From contig CM119263.1 of NCBI GenBank assembly GCA_051294375.1, positions 29,596,889 to 29,660,888 of the forward strand: a DNA stretch of 64,000 nucleotides, given 5' to 3'. A program made the position numbers and the translations under genes. The notes below the pieces were generated by a model. The model saw nothing but the letters and a program-made list of their open reading frames with translations, ran no database searches and was not told the DNA's origin. Source of the stretch: Paraspadella gotoi. Lineage: Eukaryota; Animalia; Chaetognatha. Of this stretch, positions 27,862-39,141 are shown piece by piece; the first letter of the stretch is position 1; each line of letters starts with the position of its first letter.

Positions 27862-28334
27862 CTTTTCATGCTTGCTAGGGAAGGGTTTCTTTGTATCGGT
27901 TTCCCTTCTGCTTGCTTTGGAAACGGTTTTCTTGGTAACTCTTTATGCTTGGTAAAAGATTGATTCTTTGTGCCAGAATCTTTTCTACATCATAGTTTTT
28001 TATTTATATTTTTTTTATCAATTCCTGCTTAGTATGAAGCAATTGATTGTATCACACGCACTCTCTCTAAATGCTTGGTTGAAACTTAAATTCACCAAAT
28101 CTTCACTTAGTGTTGTGAATTCACTTTTGGGTCGAGACGTGATTTCACTGTTTGTCTTTCCTATTTTCACTCTTGTCGTATTTTCAAACGGATTTCAAAT
28201 TTCCGTTGGCAAATTTTTCCCCATTTTCTGCCTTTGAATGTTTTAATTCTTGCCGATTTTCTTGATAATAATTTCGATTACATGCCAGTGTCATGAAATG
28301 GCGTTATAATTTTTGTTTATGACATTCCTCGTCA

Positions 28335-28520
28335 TTGATACTGTCATTAATTGCCATTGACTGCCATTGTCACTAATTGCCATTTTCTGCCATATTGCTA
28401 TTGACTGTCACCGTTATTAATTGACAGTCTTTTCCACTGTTAAAAATTGCCATTCTTCGCCCTTGCCATTAATAGCCATTCCCCGCCATTGCCATTAATT
28501 GCCATTCTCTGCCATTTTAT
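28335..28520. repeat. Low-complexity (ATTGCC)-rich repeat
   Basis: Recurrent ttgccatt/attgac motifs; mirrored at ~49325-49505. Confidence 0.6.
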
Positions 28521-29313
28521 TACAGATTCCGTTCGACCTCGGAGTTTATGGCGACCGCGTTTGATCTACATTCTGTCGATTAAGGTCACGACGAAAACTT
28601 CGCCTTCGGGCCGCGGCGAACGACGGCGAACGACGGCGAACGACGAAGGGGCGACGGCGAATTCGATTGGTCTCCCAGCGACGACGATAAACTGTATATA
28701 TCGCCGTATATGTCGGTTTATCGTTTGATCGTGAGCGGCATTCGGAACGGTATCTGTCGTTCTTTGAACAGTATCGATCAGTATAAAGCTGATTATAAAT
28801 AAACAGTCGGTGTTTCACACTGAAGAAGAAAAAAAAGAGAAAAGAAAAAAAAAAGAAAAAATAAACAGCAACTTGCGGTTTTGTTCAGGACTTCAGGTGT
28901 CATTTTTCAGTCTCACTACTAAAATATACTTAGCTTATCAGTAGGCAGGCATTGAGCCAAGTTCGCCCAGCCTTGAAACGTGACACCTTCACTTGTGACA
29001 CGATTGCTCAACCCATGACCATTAGGTACCAGGATCTATCCCTCGACACAATGGAGCACACCTAAATGCCCAAAAAATTATTCCCCCTTTGGGCCAATGG
29101 GCATACTTGATATATAGAGGCTATCCCTTGGTATGACTCCCCGGCGTCGCCAATCGCCACCCGCCAGGCTTTTATTCTGACGGTCTACTTGTAGGGAAGC
29201 GAGAGGACGGCCGTACATCGCTTTAGGGGCTCAAGCCCAGAACAGAAGATAGAGCTATTAATGCAGGATTTACATGTCCTTGTTATATACATTTTCATAT
29301 TCATATTCATATT

Positions 29314-29360
29314 CACCAGTCTCTTCGGAGGCGTGGGTTCGAATCTCACCGCTGCGACCA
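29314..29360 (+). pseudogene. 3' half of tRNA-Leu (NAG type) with encoded CCA; probable extended primer-binding site or tRNA retrocopy
   Basis: CACCAGTCTCTTCGGAGGCGTGGGTTCGAATCTCACCGCTGCGACCA matches the recalled metazoan tRNA-Leu(AAG/TAG) variable arm, T arm and acceptor strand; the 5' half is absent, replaced by (ttcata)n. Confidence 0.8.
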
Positions 29361-29611
29361 CATTTAAGTAAAGTCGATTTTATTCTCAGAAAAGTCAGAA
29401 GCAAAGACGGTGTCAGAATTTGAGACAGATGGATTCAGTACAAAATTTATACAGGTCAATCGGATCATCGACACGGGCTCGTTTTCCCCTTGGGCATGAA
29501 GCCCGTCTTCTCATTGGTCCGATTCGACGATGATTCATCCAATCAGAGAGTCCTCGTTAGATTTATTCCGAGTCGCGGATCAGATTTCATCTGCGATTAT
29601 CAATCATATCA
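29361..29611 (-). mobile_element. Possible LTR fragment upstream of the tRNA-Leu PBS
   Basis: On the minus strand: TGATATGA start (29611), ATTGG (29543), TATAAA (29451-29446), AATAAA (29384-29379), then TGG-PBS; terminal CA and second LTR not found. Confidence 0.3.
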
Positions 29612-30900
29612 GATTTTCCATTTTCATTATCCTAGTTCATCTCAGTTTTCCATTTACCACATTTTTTCTCCTTTTTTTTTCAGCGACACTTTTTTCCATT
29701 TGGCTGCCGATTAACCGACTTTTCCTCACCTCGCATTTCGCTTTTATACTCTTTGCCTTACCTTTTAGACTCTGCGACGACGAAATTAAGGCCGTTGAGG
29801 ACGACGACGAACGACGAACACGACGACGACGAACACGACGACGACGAACGACGGACGACGACGATGACGACGACGAACGACGACGACGACCAAACACATA
29901 ACCAGATCGACGTCTTTTCAATGTCGCGATGTTTATCAGTTTTTTTATTAGCCTTTTTATATCCGCCTCTCTTTTTTTTTTATCAGTTTTTTTATCAGTC
30001 TTTTTATCACTTTATTTACGAGGAAACCCTTTTCCTAGAAATAATCATTAACGTGGAGTTTAACTCTTTTTTTTTTCTTCGCCGAAAGTGGGCGTGACTG
30101 CGTGAAGAGAGAGAGCGTCGTGAAAAAAAAAACTTGAAAGAGCGAATCGTCATAAAACTAAAACATTAATCGTGAAAATATTCTTGAAAGATAAATCACC
30201 GAACGACGGAGGGAAAAAAAATAATCACGGAAAATCGACGAAATTCACCGAAACGCGTGAGACTGAACCCAATAATTCACATCGAACGATCACATCTGAC
30301 CAAAAAATAAGAACAAAACGTTATTAATGAAAGACGAACAAATGAAGCTCCAACCAAAAAAAAAAAATATCAATAATTTTTTTTATGCTGAGAGAATGTT
30401 GCTTCTTCCCTTTTTGGGAATAGAAAGCAGGGAAGAAATAAAGGGCATGGAGGATAGGGCTTTGCTTGTTAAGGCATACTCTAGAAAAGTCTAGGTCATG
30501 GTCGGTCTTAGATTGTGGGCGTGTTAATTACAAAGAGAGGCAGATAGTTGGGAGAAACGGGCAGAGACGGTTGGCCAGAATTGGCGAGATTTGCCGGGTC
30601 GGGTGGAGCGGAATTGGTAAGGAATTAGAGAAGCTCAAAATTATAGGAGTTTCAGGTACTAAAAAAGACGGACAGCCGCGGGTAATTCTTTCAAACGCTA
30701 GAAAAAAAAAAGAAACTGAAAAAAACGAATTTCAACTGAGGCCGAAAAAAAATAAACGAAAGAGTAAAAAAAAAAAAAAAAGAAAAAAAAACTTGTAAAA
30801 ATAAAAATCGTCGTTAGAAAGAAAAACCCAAGAGAGGCGAACGCCGTCGGTGACCGCAAATAAACGTCAGGGAACCATTACTTCCTTTGGGGAAAGAGAG

Positions 30901-30971
<71 letters not shown>

Positions 30972-31090
30972 CGAGCGCTGAAAAGGAGAGCGCTTCGTCC
31001 AAAAAATGGCACTTAGCTCCCATAACGCCAGGGCGCGTGCTGGCAACGTGTTGGCTTCGTGTACATGATCGTTCACGTGCGCGCAAAAAG

Positions 31091-31194
<104 letters not shown>

Positions 31195-31282
31195 TATGAA
31201 AACAGTTGCGCGCAGATAAACTTCAAGAAAGTGCAATCACAGAATTATATATAAAGATGCGATCACCCAAAGGCCAACCATG

Positions 31283-31378
31283 TTGCGCGCACTCAAACCG
31301 TCCGCGCATGCGCTCACTCTAACCGTCGGCGCATGCGCTCACCTACGTGCACGCAATCAGGCCACGCCCACCGGAAAA
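31283..31378. promoter_or_regulatory. NRF1-like / KLF / ETS motif cluster
   Basis: GCGCATGCGC at 31304-31313 and 31329-31338, followed by CCACGCCC and CCGGAA. Confidence 0.3.
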
Positions 31379-31493
31379 ACTCGGGTGCGAAAGACGACGG
31401 ATCAAAACGCGAAGATGATGAATGAGTTTTTGGCGTCAAATATCGAATCTAGAAGCGAAATCCTTTTGACGACGAAAACGCCTCCGATTTTGA

Positions 31494-31721
31494 TGATTGG
31501 CTCATTCGTCACTGATGAGGATGATTGGTTGGATCGTTTAATGATTGGCTCATTCATCACCGATGGAGATGATTGGTTGGATCGTTTTGGCCGTGATTGG
31601 CTCATTCGACACCAATGGAGATGATTGGTTGGATCGTTTAATGATTTGCTCATTCGTCACCGATGAAGGTGATTGGTTGAATCGTTTTGACCGTGATTGG
31701 CTCATTGGTTACCGATGGGGA
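31494..31721. repeat. Alternating 48/52-bp tandem repeat (100-bp higher-order unit), ATTGG-rich
   Basis: Units at 31494, 31542, 31594, 31642 and 31694: tgattggctcattcgtcaccgatggagatgattggttggatcgttt(aa/tggccg). Confidence 0.85.
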
Positions 31722-32455
31722 TATCTGAGTTACGACAGTTGAAATGGATTAGTGCTTTCCAATTGCTATTTAACTATCGGAATTCGAAAATCCATTGCAA
31801 CATAAAATCTTGATGGAAAACCGATCGATAGGAATCTTGCACGCCAACTCAAATGGCGTAATTGCCAACAGCAATGGCATTTCCTTTTCGGTTCCATCTG
31901 CTCATTTCCGATTTCACCTTTGGTTTCCGGTTCCGACATCAGCTTCACTTCGAAATCCGATTCACAGACGCATGTGAAAAATCGTCAACTTATCGCGAAT
32001 TCACCAAATGGACTGTGACCAGCGTGAAAAGCAAATGGTTCACGGAACGGGTCCCCGAAAAAGTCCGGCAAATGGTTCGGGAAGTGGGTCACGCAATGGC
32101 AACCGAATGAGATGGACAACAAGTGATTTCAACAATGATAGGATTGCTAGGTAGACTATCTGGGCCTGGGGCACCCAATGCTCATGATAAAGGGTCTATA
32201 CATAAAACGAATAAATATGTATTACTAATAGACCGGATTATGGCAAAGTCTAAATATTGACACTATTTTTAGACAATAGGGTTCGCGGGTCATACTTTTA
32301 AATGGCCTGAGGAAATCGAAACGCGTTGGTGGAACAACAAACAACATCAACAACAACAACAACAAAAACAACAACAACAATCACCGAATCTGTGAACCAA
32401 GAGGAAACATGTTTCTCTGTTTCGTGTGGACGTGGCGAACAATTCAACGCCAAAC

Positions 32456-32525
<70 letters not shown>

Positions 32526-33014
32526 TTCTCTTTGTCTCTCTCGCTCTCTCAGTCTGGGAAAATCGAGAAATCTTTCCCAGAGTCCGATTTTTCGTCGAGT
32601 GGAAGAGAGAGAGAGAGAGTGTGAGTGGGAGGGAGACAGAGAGGGAGAGAGTGAAGGATGAAGGGAAAAAGAGAAATAAAGTGTAAGAGTAGAAAAAAAT
32701 ATTTAATAAAGTAAATAAATATTTAGAAATAGAGTGAAACATGAAAGTTCAGGGAATAAAATAAGATTAAAAATGTTTAAATATATTAAAAAAGGAAAAA
32801 TTGAGGAATAAAGAATATTAAGGAGAATAAAGACGATAAAATGGATAACAAAAGAGTGAAATAGTGAATCGAATTATGGGGAAAGAGTAGAAAAGGATGG
32901 AAGAGTGGAAACAATAGAACTTGGAAGAGTGGAAGAGATGACGTCTCAATTTCCCACTTCATAGTCGCTTCGACATAAAAGCTATTCTCTCATCTCCACG
33001 TCTCGACATCTGGG

Positions 33015-33140
<126 letters not shown>

Positions 33141-33469
33141 GAAGATGCGATAAAGAGCCGAACTTTTAAGGAGTCTCTCTTTTACATTCTCTTTCAAACT
33201 CAGAAAAAAACTCGTTAAAAAAAATAATAATAATAATTTTTTCAACCACAAATCAGATAAAAAGTTTCAAAGTCTTAAAAATCAACCAAAAGTCAAAACC
33301 TTCACTTTTTTGTCATTTTGAGATTGTCATTCTGCCATTAATGACATTTTTCGTAACTTTTATCTATTTTTTTAAACCCGATTTATTGATGAATACTTTA
33401 AATATATATTATCTCTAAGTACTTACTTACCTTATCCTCCCATCCTCTCGCTCTTAACACCATCCACTT

Positions 33470-33755
33470 TTCCCCAGCCCCAGCCAAATTCCCAGTCGAA
33501 ACCAAATCCATAACCCCAGCTCCAGCTCTGGCCCGAACCGCAGCCCAATATCCACCCCAGCACTAGCGCCATCGACAGCCCCAGGTTCAGGTTCATCCCA
33601 TCCCCATTAGTATCCCTGGCCCCAGCTGTAACCAAATCCCAGACCCAGTTCTAGCCCAAGCCAAATCCCAAGTCCAAGCCCCACCCCAAAACCTACACCA
33701 ACCCCAGCCCGATCCTGATCACCACCCACTGCTCCAGCCAAAGCCCCAGCACCCC
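33470..33755. repeat. Degenerate (CCCAGC/CCCAAA)n low-complexity tract
   Basis: Hexamer-like periodicity; mirrored at ~44110-44395. Confidence 0.6.
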
Positions 33756-35309
33756 TCGTAAAGACCAGAACCTCAAATTCTCGAGGGAATCGTGCGTCAA
33801 AATTATCGATGGTCGCAGGATAAGGGAAGCTATATACAAAGAGAGNNNNNNNNNNNNNNNNNNNNNNNNNNNNNNNNNNNNNNNNNNNNNNNNNNNNNNN
33901 NNNNNNNNNNNNNNNNNNNNNNNNNNNNNNNNNNNNNNNNNNNNNNNNNNNNNNNNNNNNNNNNNNNNNNNNNNNNNNNNNNNNNNNNNNNNNNNNNNNN
34001 NNNNNNNNNNNNNNNNNNNNNNNNNNNNNNNNNNNNNNNNNNNNNNNNNNNNNNNNNNNNNNAGAGAGAGAGAGAGAGGAAATAAATATCTCGATAAGAA
34101 ATGAGAATTTACGCTCAACACGTCTTTGCCTGATTTACTTTCATTTTTGACGTCGAGTATTTTTATTGAGATGCGTCGCTGCATGCCTCATTGACTATTT
34201 TTTAATTCCCTTTGCTAAATATATTATAAAGTCATTTGATAAGTGAGCTAACTGTGATGCGTCCCTTCTTTGTGTTGAGCTGCTTGTTCGATACTAAAGT
34301 TCAAAGATCTTAAAATTACTGATNNNNNNNNNNNNNNNNNNNNNNNNNNNNNNNNNNNNNNNNNNNNNNNNNNNNNNNNNNNNNNNNNNNNNNNNNNNNN
34401 NNNNNNNNNNNNNNNNNNNNNNNNNTGATTAGAAATTGTAAAATAATGAATGAGTTGAGATCGACAAATCTTCTTTGCTTTCTGCTCGTTTTCCATTTTA
34501 CTTACGTATCATTTAAATTTTCTCGAGTTTTCTTACTTTTCATTCTTTACTAATTTGGTTTTATAAATTTTTAAAAATTTTTTACATTAATTTACAAAAC
34601 AAAAGTTAGGTTAATTTAGTTATTACTTAAGATAAAAAGATATCTATGTAGTAATATATACACCTGTTCTGATGGTATCATCATAGATGCAGAAAACCCG
34701 GAAACAGAGAAAAGGATTACTTACTTAAATTGTATGTATGATATGTACAATGAAACAACGAAAAAAATGGGGAAAAAAGGGGACCAACCAAAAAGACTAA
34801 TAGCTATAAAACAGAAAATAAAAAGGAAAATAAAGAGAAAATAAATAAGAAAAAAAAAGAAAATAAAAGAGAAAATAAAAAAGAGAATAAAACGGACGAT
34901 AAAACAGGATGTCTTTTCGCGGCAGAAGTTTGATTCCCTCCAGTTTCCACGATTCCATTGCATTTTCCGGTTGACGCAAGTCAGAGACGCTGACACAGTT
35001 CCATTTTAGATGCAGTTCCATCTCAAACGCGGTTCCATCTACAAACCTGTTCCATCTCAAACGAGGTTTCATCTCAAAGTTTTTCGTCTAATGGTGTTTC
35101 TGTCGGCAGGTTGCCATCTGGTTCTTTCTCTTCCCAACGTCAGTATGAGAATTATATTTCATATCAATAATGATACAGTAGCATACATCAGCAACAAAAA
35201 CAAACCAAATAAAAACAGAATTAAAGACGTTAACGTGAAGGAAAACTAAGCTACGAGATATTTCTATATTTTTCATAGAAAATAAGACAAACTTTATTTT
35301 TCGTCAAAG

Positions 35310-35762
35310 TTAAACGTTTCATGATATCGTTCAGGACTAATTTTGAAAATATTTATAAAGTTCAGGGTAACCAAAACATTCTCTTAGGTTTCTGATGCTT
35401 TCCATCGATGCCAGCCAAAGATCTTACGAATTCCATTATTAATGGCTACATTTAGTTGGTACATATCTTTACAACAAAAGTCTTTAAGCTTCACAGCCAT
35501 ATCGTAGTACTGAAGACACAATTACTGTAAAATAATTGTAACAAAACTGCTTCATTTGGTTTGTGTAATGCATTCAAAATACTATTGTGAGGATCTATAA
35601 AAGGACATTAGATCAGGTGTGGGATCGAAATCAAAATTATTTCCAGATTTTAAGTTAAATCCTAAATATTTCCAACTCGTGACTCTTTCGATAGGACATG
35701 AATCAACATTTAAATACCCAGTACCAATCCCATTAATCGTTTTTCTGCTAAAAATCATGTAC
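35310..35762 (-). pseudogene. Decayed non-LTR retrotransposon (LINE) reverse transcriptase, C-terminal part
   Basis: Minus-strand translation across frameshifts: YMIFSRK..IERVTSWKYLGFNL..SFYRSSNSILNAL..LLQLFYSNCV..LRYGCE..LNVAINNGIRKIFGWHRW..SIRNLRECFGY; KYLG motif of RT domain 7 and typical downstream region. Confidence 0.85.
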
Positions 35763-35817
35763 TGTGGCAGCAAGACTTAAAGCTGCCTCACTGCTGTCGT
35801 CCTCAGCCTCGTCTCAA

Positions 35818-35869
35818 TGGCTGAGAGGCTAAATCATCTCATTCCATCCGTGCGTCCGGGTTCAATCCC
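35818..35869 (+). promoter_or_regulatory. tRNA-type Pol III A box + B box inside LTR1
   Basis: TGGCTGAG(C)AGG (A-box TRGCNNARYNNG; intact in the mirror copy at ~42213-42226) about 30 bp before GGGTTCAATCCC (B box); repeated in LTR2 at 36206-36260. Confidence 0.6.
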
Positions 35870-36410
35870 TGGGTATCCCGGTTCTGGCCTTAAATGTGAC
35901 GGTGCCGGTATAAACATGCCAGTGACAGGAGGCGGTCACTGAGGGTCCGCAGCCCCTACGCCAGTTGGTGAGATACCCCGCTTAGGGTATGCATATCACG
36001 CCTATGCCTACTTCTCTGGTAACGCTCCAGACTCGCTCGCTCGCTCGCTCGCCCGCCCCGCTCGCTCTCACTATGGCAATGAGATCAAAACCTTCTCTCA
36101 GACATCTCCTCAGGATTGAGGCCCCTGTGGAGAAGTCTGGTGGGGGATCCTGTGGCAGCAAGACTTAAGCTGCCTCACTGCTGTCCGTCCTCAGCCTCAT
36201 CTCAATGGCCTGAGCAGGCTAAATCATCTCATTCCATCCGTGCGTCCCGGGTTCAATCCCTGGGTATCCCGGTTCTGGCTTAAATGTGACGGTGCCGGTG
36301 ATAAACATGCCAGTGACAGGAGGCGGTCACTGAGGGTCCGCAGCCCCTACGCAGTTGGTGAGATACCCCGCGCCCCGGGTATCACAGGCTATCCTCCCGG
36401 TTGCCATAAG

Positions 36411-36445
36411 TGGTGAGCCGCTACTTCGAACACGCAACCTTCTCA
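36411..36445 (+). other. Extended primer-binding site complementary to tRNA-Trp 3' half
   Basis: Reverse complement TGAGAAGGTTGCGTGTTCGA..GTAGGGCTCACCA (mirror copy 41599-41633) vs recalled tRNA-Trp TCAGAAGGTTGCGTGTTCRAATCACGTCGGGGTCACCA; lies 2 nt after the LTR2 end. Confidence 0.75.
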
Positions 36446-36544
36446 GGGTACGCTACGACAAACGCCTATGCCCTGCCGACTTTCGGGTACGCTACGACAA
36501 ACGCCTATGCCCCTGGGGTACGCCTACGACAAACGCCTATGCCC
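36446..36544. repeat. Three copies of a 28-bp internal repeat of the TRIM
   Basis: gggtacgctacgacaaacgcctatgccc at 36446, 36485 and 36516. Confidence 0.9.
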
Positions 36545-36907
36545 CCACACTCGCGCTCTCTCTCTCTCTCCCACTATGGTAACAGTCTTGTCAGACACCT
36601 CTCAGGCTTGAGAACCTGAGTGATGTCTTGGTCCCCGGGATCCTGTGCGCGTATATTCACACCGCTCACAGACCCACCATCCGTCAAGCCAAATTCCATT
36701 GTCTCAGAGTGGGAACACACACCATCCAGGCCGCGTTATGTTCCATCCAACAGTCCTAACGACTCCTCTGCGTTGCCCCAAAGCGAGACCTCCTAGGGAG
36801 TAACCGCGCCAGTGACTGAGGCGTCACCTGAGGGTCGGAAGCCCCAAAGCCAACAGTGAGATGCCCCTTCCCAATGGGCATTCACAGGCAACCGGCTGTG
36901 TGCCATA

Positions 36908-37000
36908 GTACTTTGTTTTTTGGAAATTAAAATGCAGTATTTCATTGCATCGGGTGCGTTTAGCGATTAAAAACACATCTTGCATATCTCATCGAGTTTC
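36908..37000 (-). pseudogene. Upstream remnant of the same LINE RT
   Basis: Minus strand ..ILHFNFQKTK; removing the TRIM and one GTAC restores FNFQKTKYMIFSRK. Confidence 0.7.
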
Positions 37001-37893
37001 TTTGTGGAATTTCCACAATCCATTTAAATTTCTTTTAAGCCAAATATTTTAATTCAATATTCAATGCAGTTCATAATGATTATTAAACACTGTACTTGAA
37101 TTGAAATATTGGCAAATAAGAAAATGCACTTGTAAAAGGAAACTGCGTGCGCCGATTATCAAAAAACTTTATCTTTTGTGTATCCAACGTGAAATTCATC
37201 CATTCAGGGCATCATGTCATCTGTTTCCATCTGAGCAATGACAAAATCTTATCTTTACACATTTCACAATCGTGACAGAATTGTTTACATTCAATTCTTT
37301 TCTTCTTATTAAGGTCGACCCATTCTCAGTCGCACCAGGTGCGCGATTATGCCAACGCTCATTTGCATATTCACATCGCACATTCCACTCGCTCTTTTTC
37401 GCTCAACTTTTTTCTTTTCATGAATTATTAAGGAAGATTCTCTTCTTTCTCTTCCATCGAGGAAGAAAAAAAACTTAATTTGGTTAAAATTGAAGAAGAA
37501 GAGATTATCAAGTTTCCCACTTTATTTTCGCTTCATTTTTTTTGCTCTATTTTCGATTCATTACTGAATCATTAAGCGGGTAAGTTATCGTTCAGGTGAG
37601 TTCGTCGCCCTGAGGAACGACGACGCGACGACGACGACGACGACACGGATGTCGACCACAGAAAAGGAAATGATTTTTTTTTTTTACCTTTTTAGTCATT
37701 TGCGAATTAAAGTAATTAGTTGAGAAAAGTCGATGCTCTACAAATTTGAGAACAAAGGGAAAAAGAAACCGTGATTAATAGTCAATTTGAATTTTTAAAT
37801 TTGCTGTAATTAAAGCATGTATAATTTTTTCATGGATTAATTTCCATTAAAATGGATTTTTTTTTAAAAGTCTTGGTTTCTCTCTGTCAGTCT

Positions 37894-37930
<37 letters not shown>

Positions 37931-38093
37931 GTCTCTCTCTCTCTCTCTCTCTCTCCCCATGTTCTCCTTACTACATCCTTTAACTGTTTTTTCCAATATT
38001 ACTTCATATATTTTCCTCTTTTTCAATTTATATTTTGGAAGAGCCTCTTGTTCTCCCAACTGACTCCGGATTCGACCTCCCGAGTTTTTCCAC

Positions 38094-38720
38094 CCGCCGC
38101 GAGAGGCGTTTCTGCCTCTTTTAATTCTCCAAGGACGCCATCTTTGATTCAAGGCCCGCCACCTGGTTTCTCCCGATGCTCTTTTTTTTAACCAGGCGCT
38201 TTCGATTTTCTTTTTTATTTTTTATTTTTGTGAAGAAATTCAGGTGTGTTCCCAAGGAAGTGGGGATATGGGGGATTTTCAGAGTTAAAATATTTATTTA
38301 ATAAATAAATAAATAAATAAATAAATAAATACAAATAAATAAATAATAACATCCGCGTATGTATAAAATGTGCAAACGAGTTGGTTGACTAAAATAGCAC
38401 TTTGAATTCTCTCTTCTGATTTCTGAGAAATATTCCGAAAGAGGAAACGTTGGAAGTGAAATACATCAACTGCATTCTCAGTCCTCCTAATTTTTTCCCC
38501 TCCAACTTGATGTAAAAAAAAAATACTAAATCCTAAAACCTAAATAGAAAGAAGGAAAAAGCAAAGAAATTTCCATAGATTATCATTAAAAACTGCCGCT
38601 CTGTTTAAGCCGCCCGCCGACGCTGCCGTCGCCGCCGCCACCGCCGTCGCCGCCGACGCTGCCGCCGCCGTTGAATTTTGCCTTCATTCGCTCGTCGGTT
38701 TTCTCATGCAGTTGGCATCC

Positions 38721-38769
<49 letters not shown>

Positions 38770-38824
38770 CTCTCTTCTCTTCTCTCTCTTCTTCTCTCTT
38801 CTCTCTTCTCTCTCTTCTCTTCTC

Positions 38825-38870
<46 letters not shown>

Positions 38871-39116
38871 GCGGCGCCATCGGCGGCTCGTGGGAATTAA
38901 AACCAGACGCTTGCGCAGTGGCCACAGAGAAAAACCAAGAAAATAGAGGGAAAAAAAACAAAAGACCCAGTGGAAAGAAAAAAAAAATAGTAAGATACGA
39001 GACACGGGGAATAGAGAGAGATGAGTAGAGAGAGAGTAGCAGATCAGAGAGAGAAGAGAGAGAGAGAGGGAAGAATGCTTCTACCCTTGAGGTGTTGGCG
39101 TTCGTTTTCTGTTGTA
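38094..39116 (+). repeat. Segment B, duplicated directly at 49926-50550 and 51177-51522
   Basis: ccgccgcgagaggcgtt..gttggcatccagctctct and ccggcggcgccatcggcggc..gttttctgttgta occur in both places. Confidence 0.9.
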
Positions 39117-39141
39117 NNNNNNNNNNNNNNNNNNNNNNNNN

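Larger units (their letters stand above)
35763..36907 (+). mobile_element. Tandem (three-LTR) TRIM-like non-autonomous LTR retroelement
   Basis: Flanked by GTAC TSD (35759-35762, 36908-36911); termini TGTGGCA..TGCCATA; LTR1 35763-35981 (3'-truncated), LTR2 36151-36408, PBS 36411-36445, LTR3 36644-36907; G-rich gggatcc before LTR2 and LTR3; no coding capacity. Confidence 0.8.

Noticed and set aside
29314-29360. Functional tRNA-Leu gene
   Set aside because: The 5' half, including the D arm and anticodon, is missing
31969-32150. Possible exon after attcacag
   Set aside because: The two arms differ by indels and give different reading frames; none is recognisable
36446-36544. 28-bp direct repeats as a CRISPR array
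   Set aside because: Spacers are only 11 and 3 bp, the context is eukaryotic with no cas genes, and the repeats lie inside the TRIM
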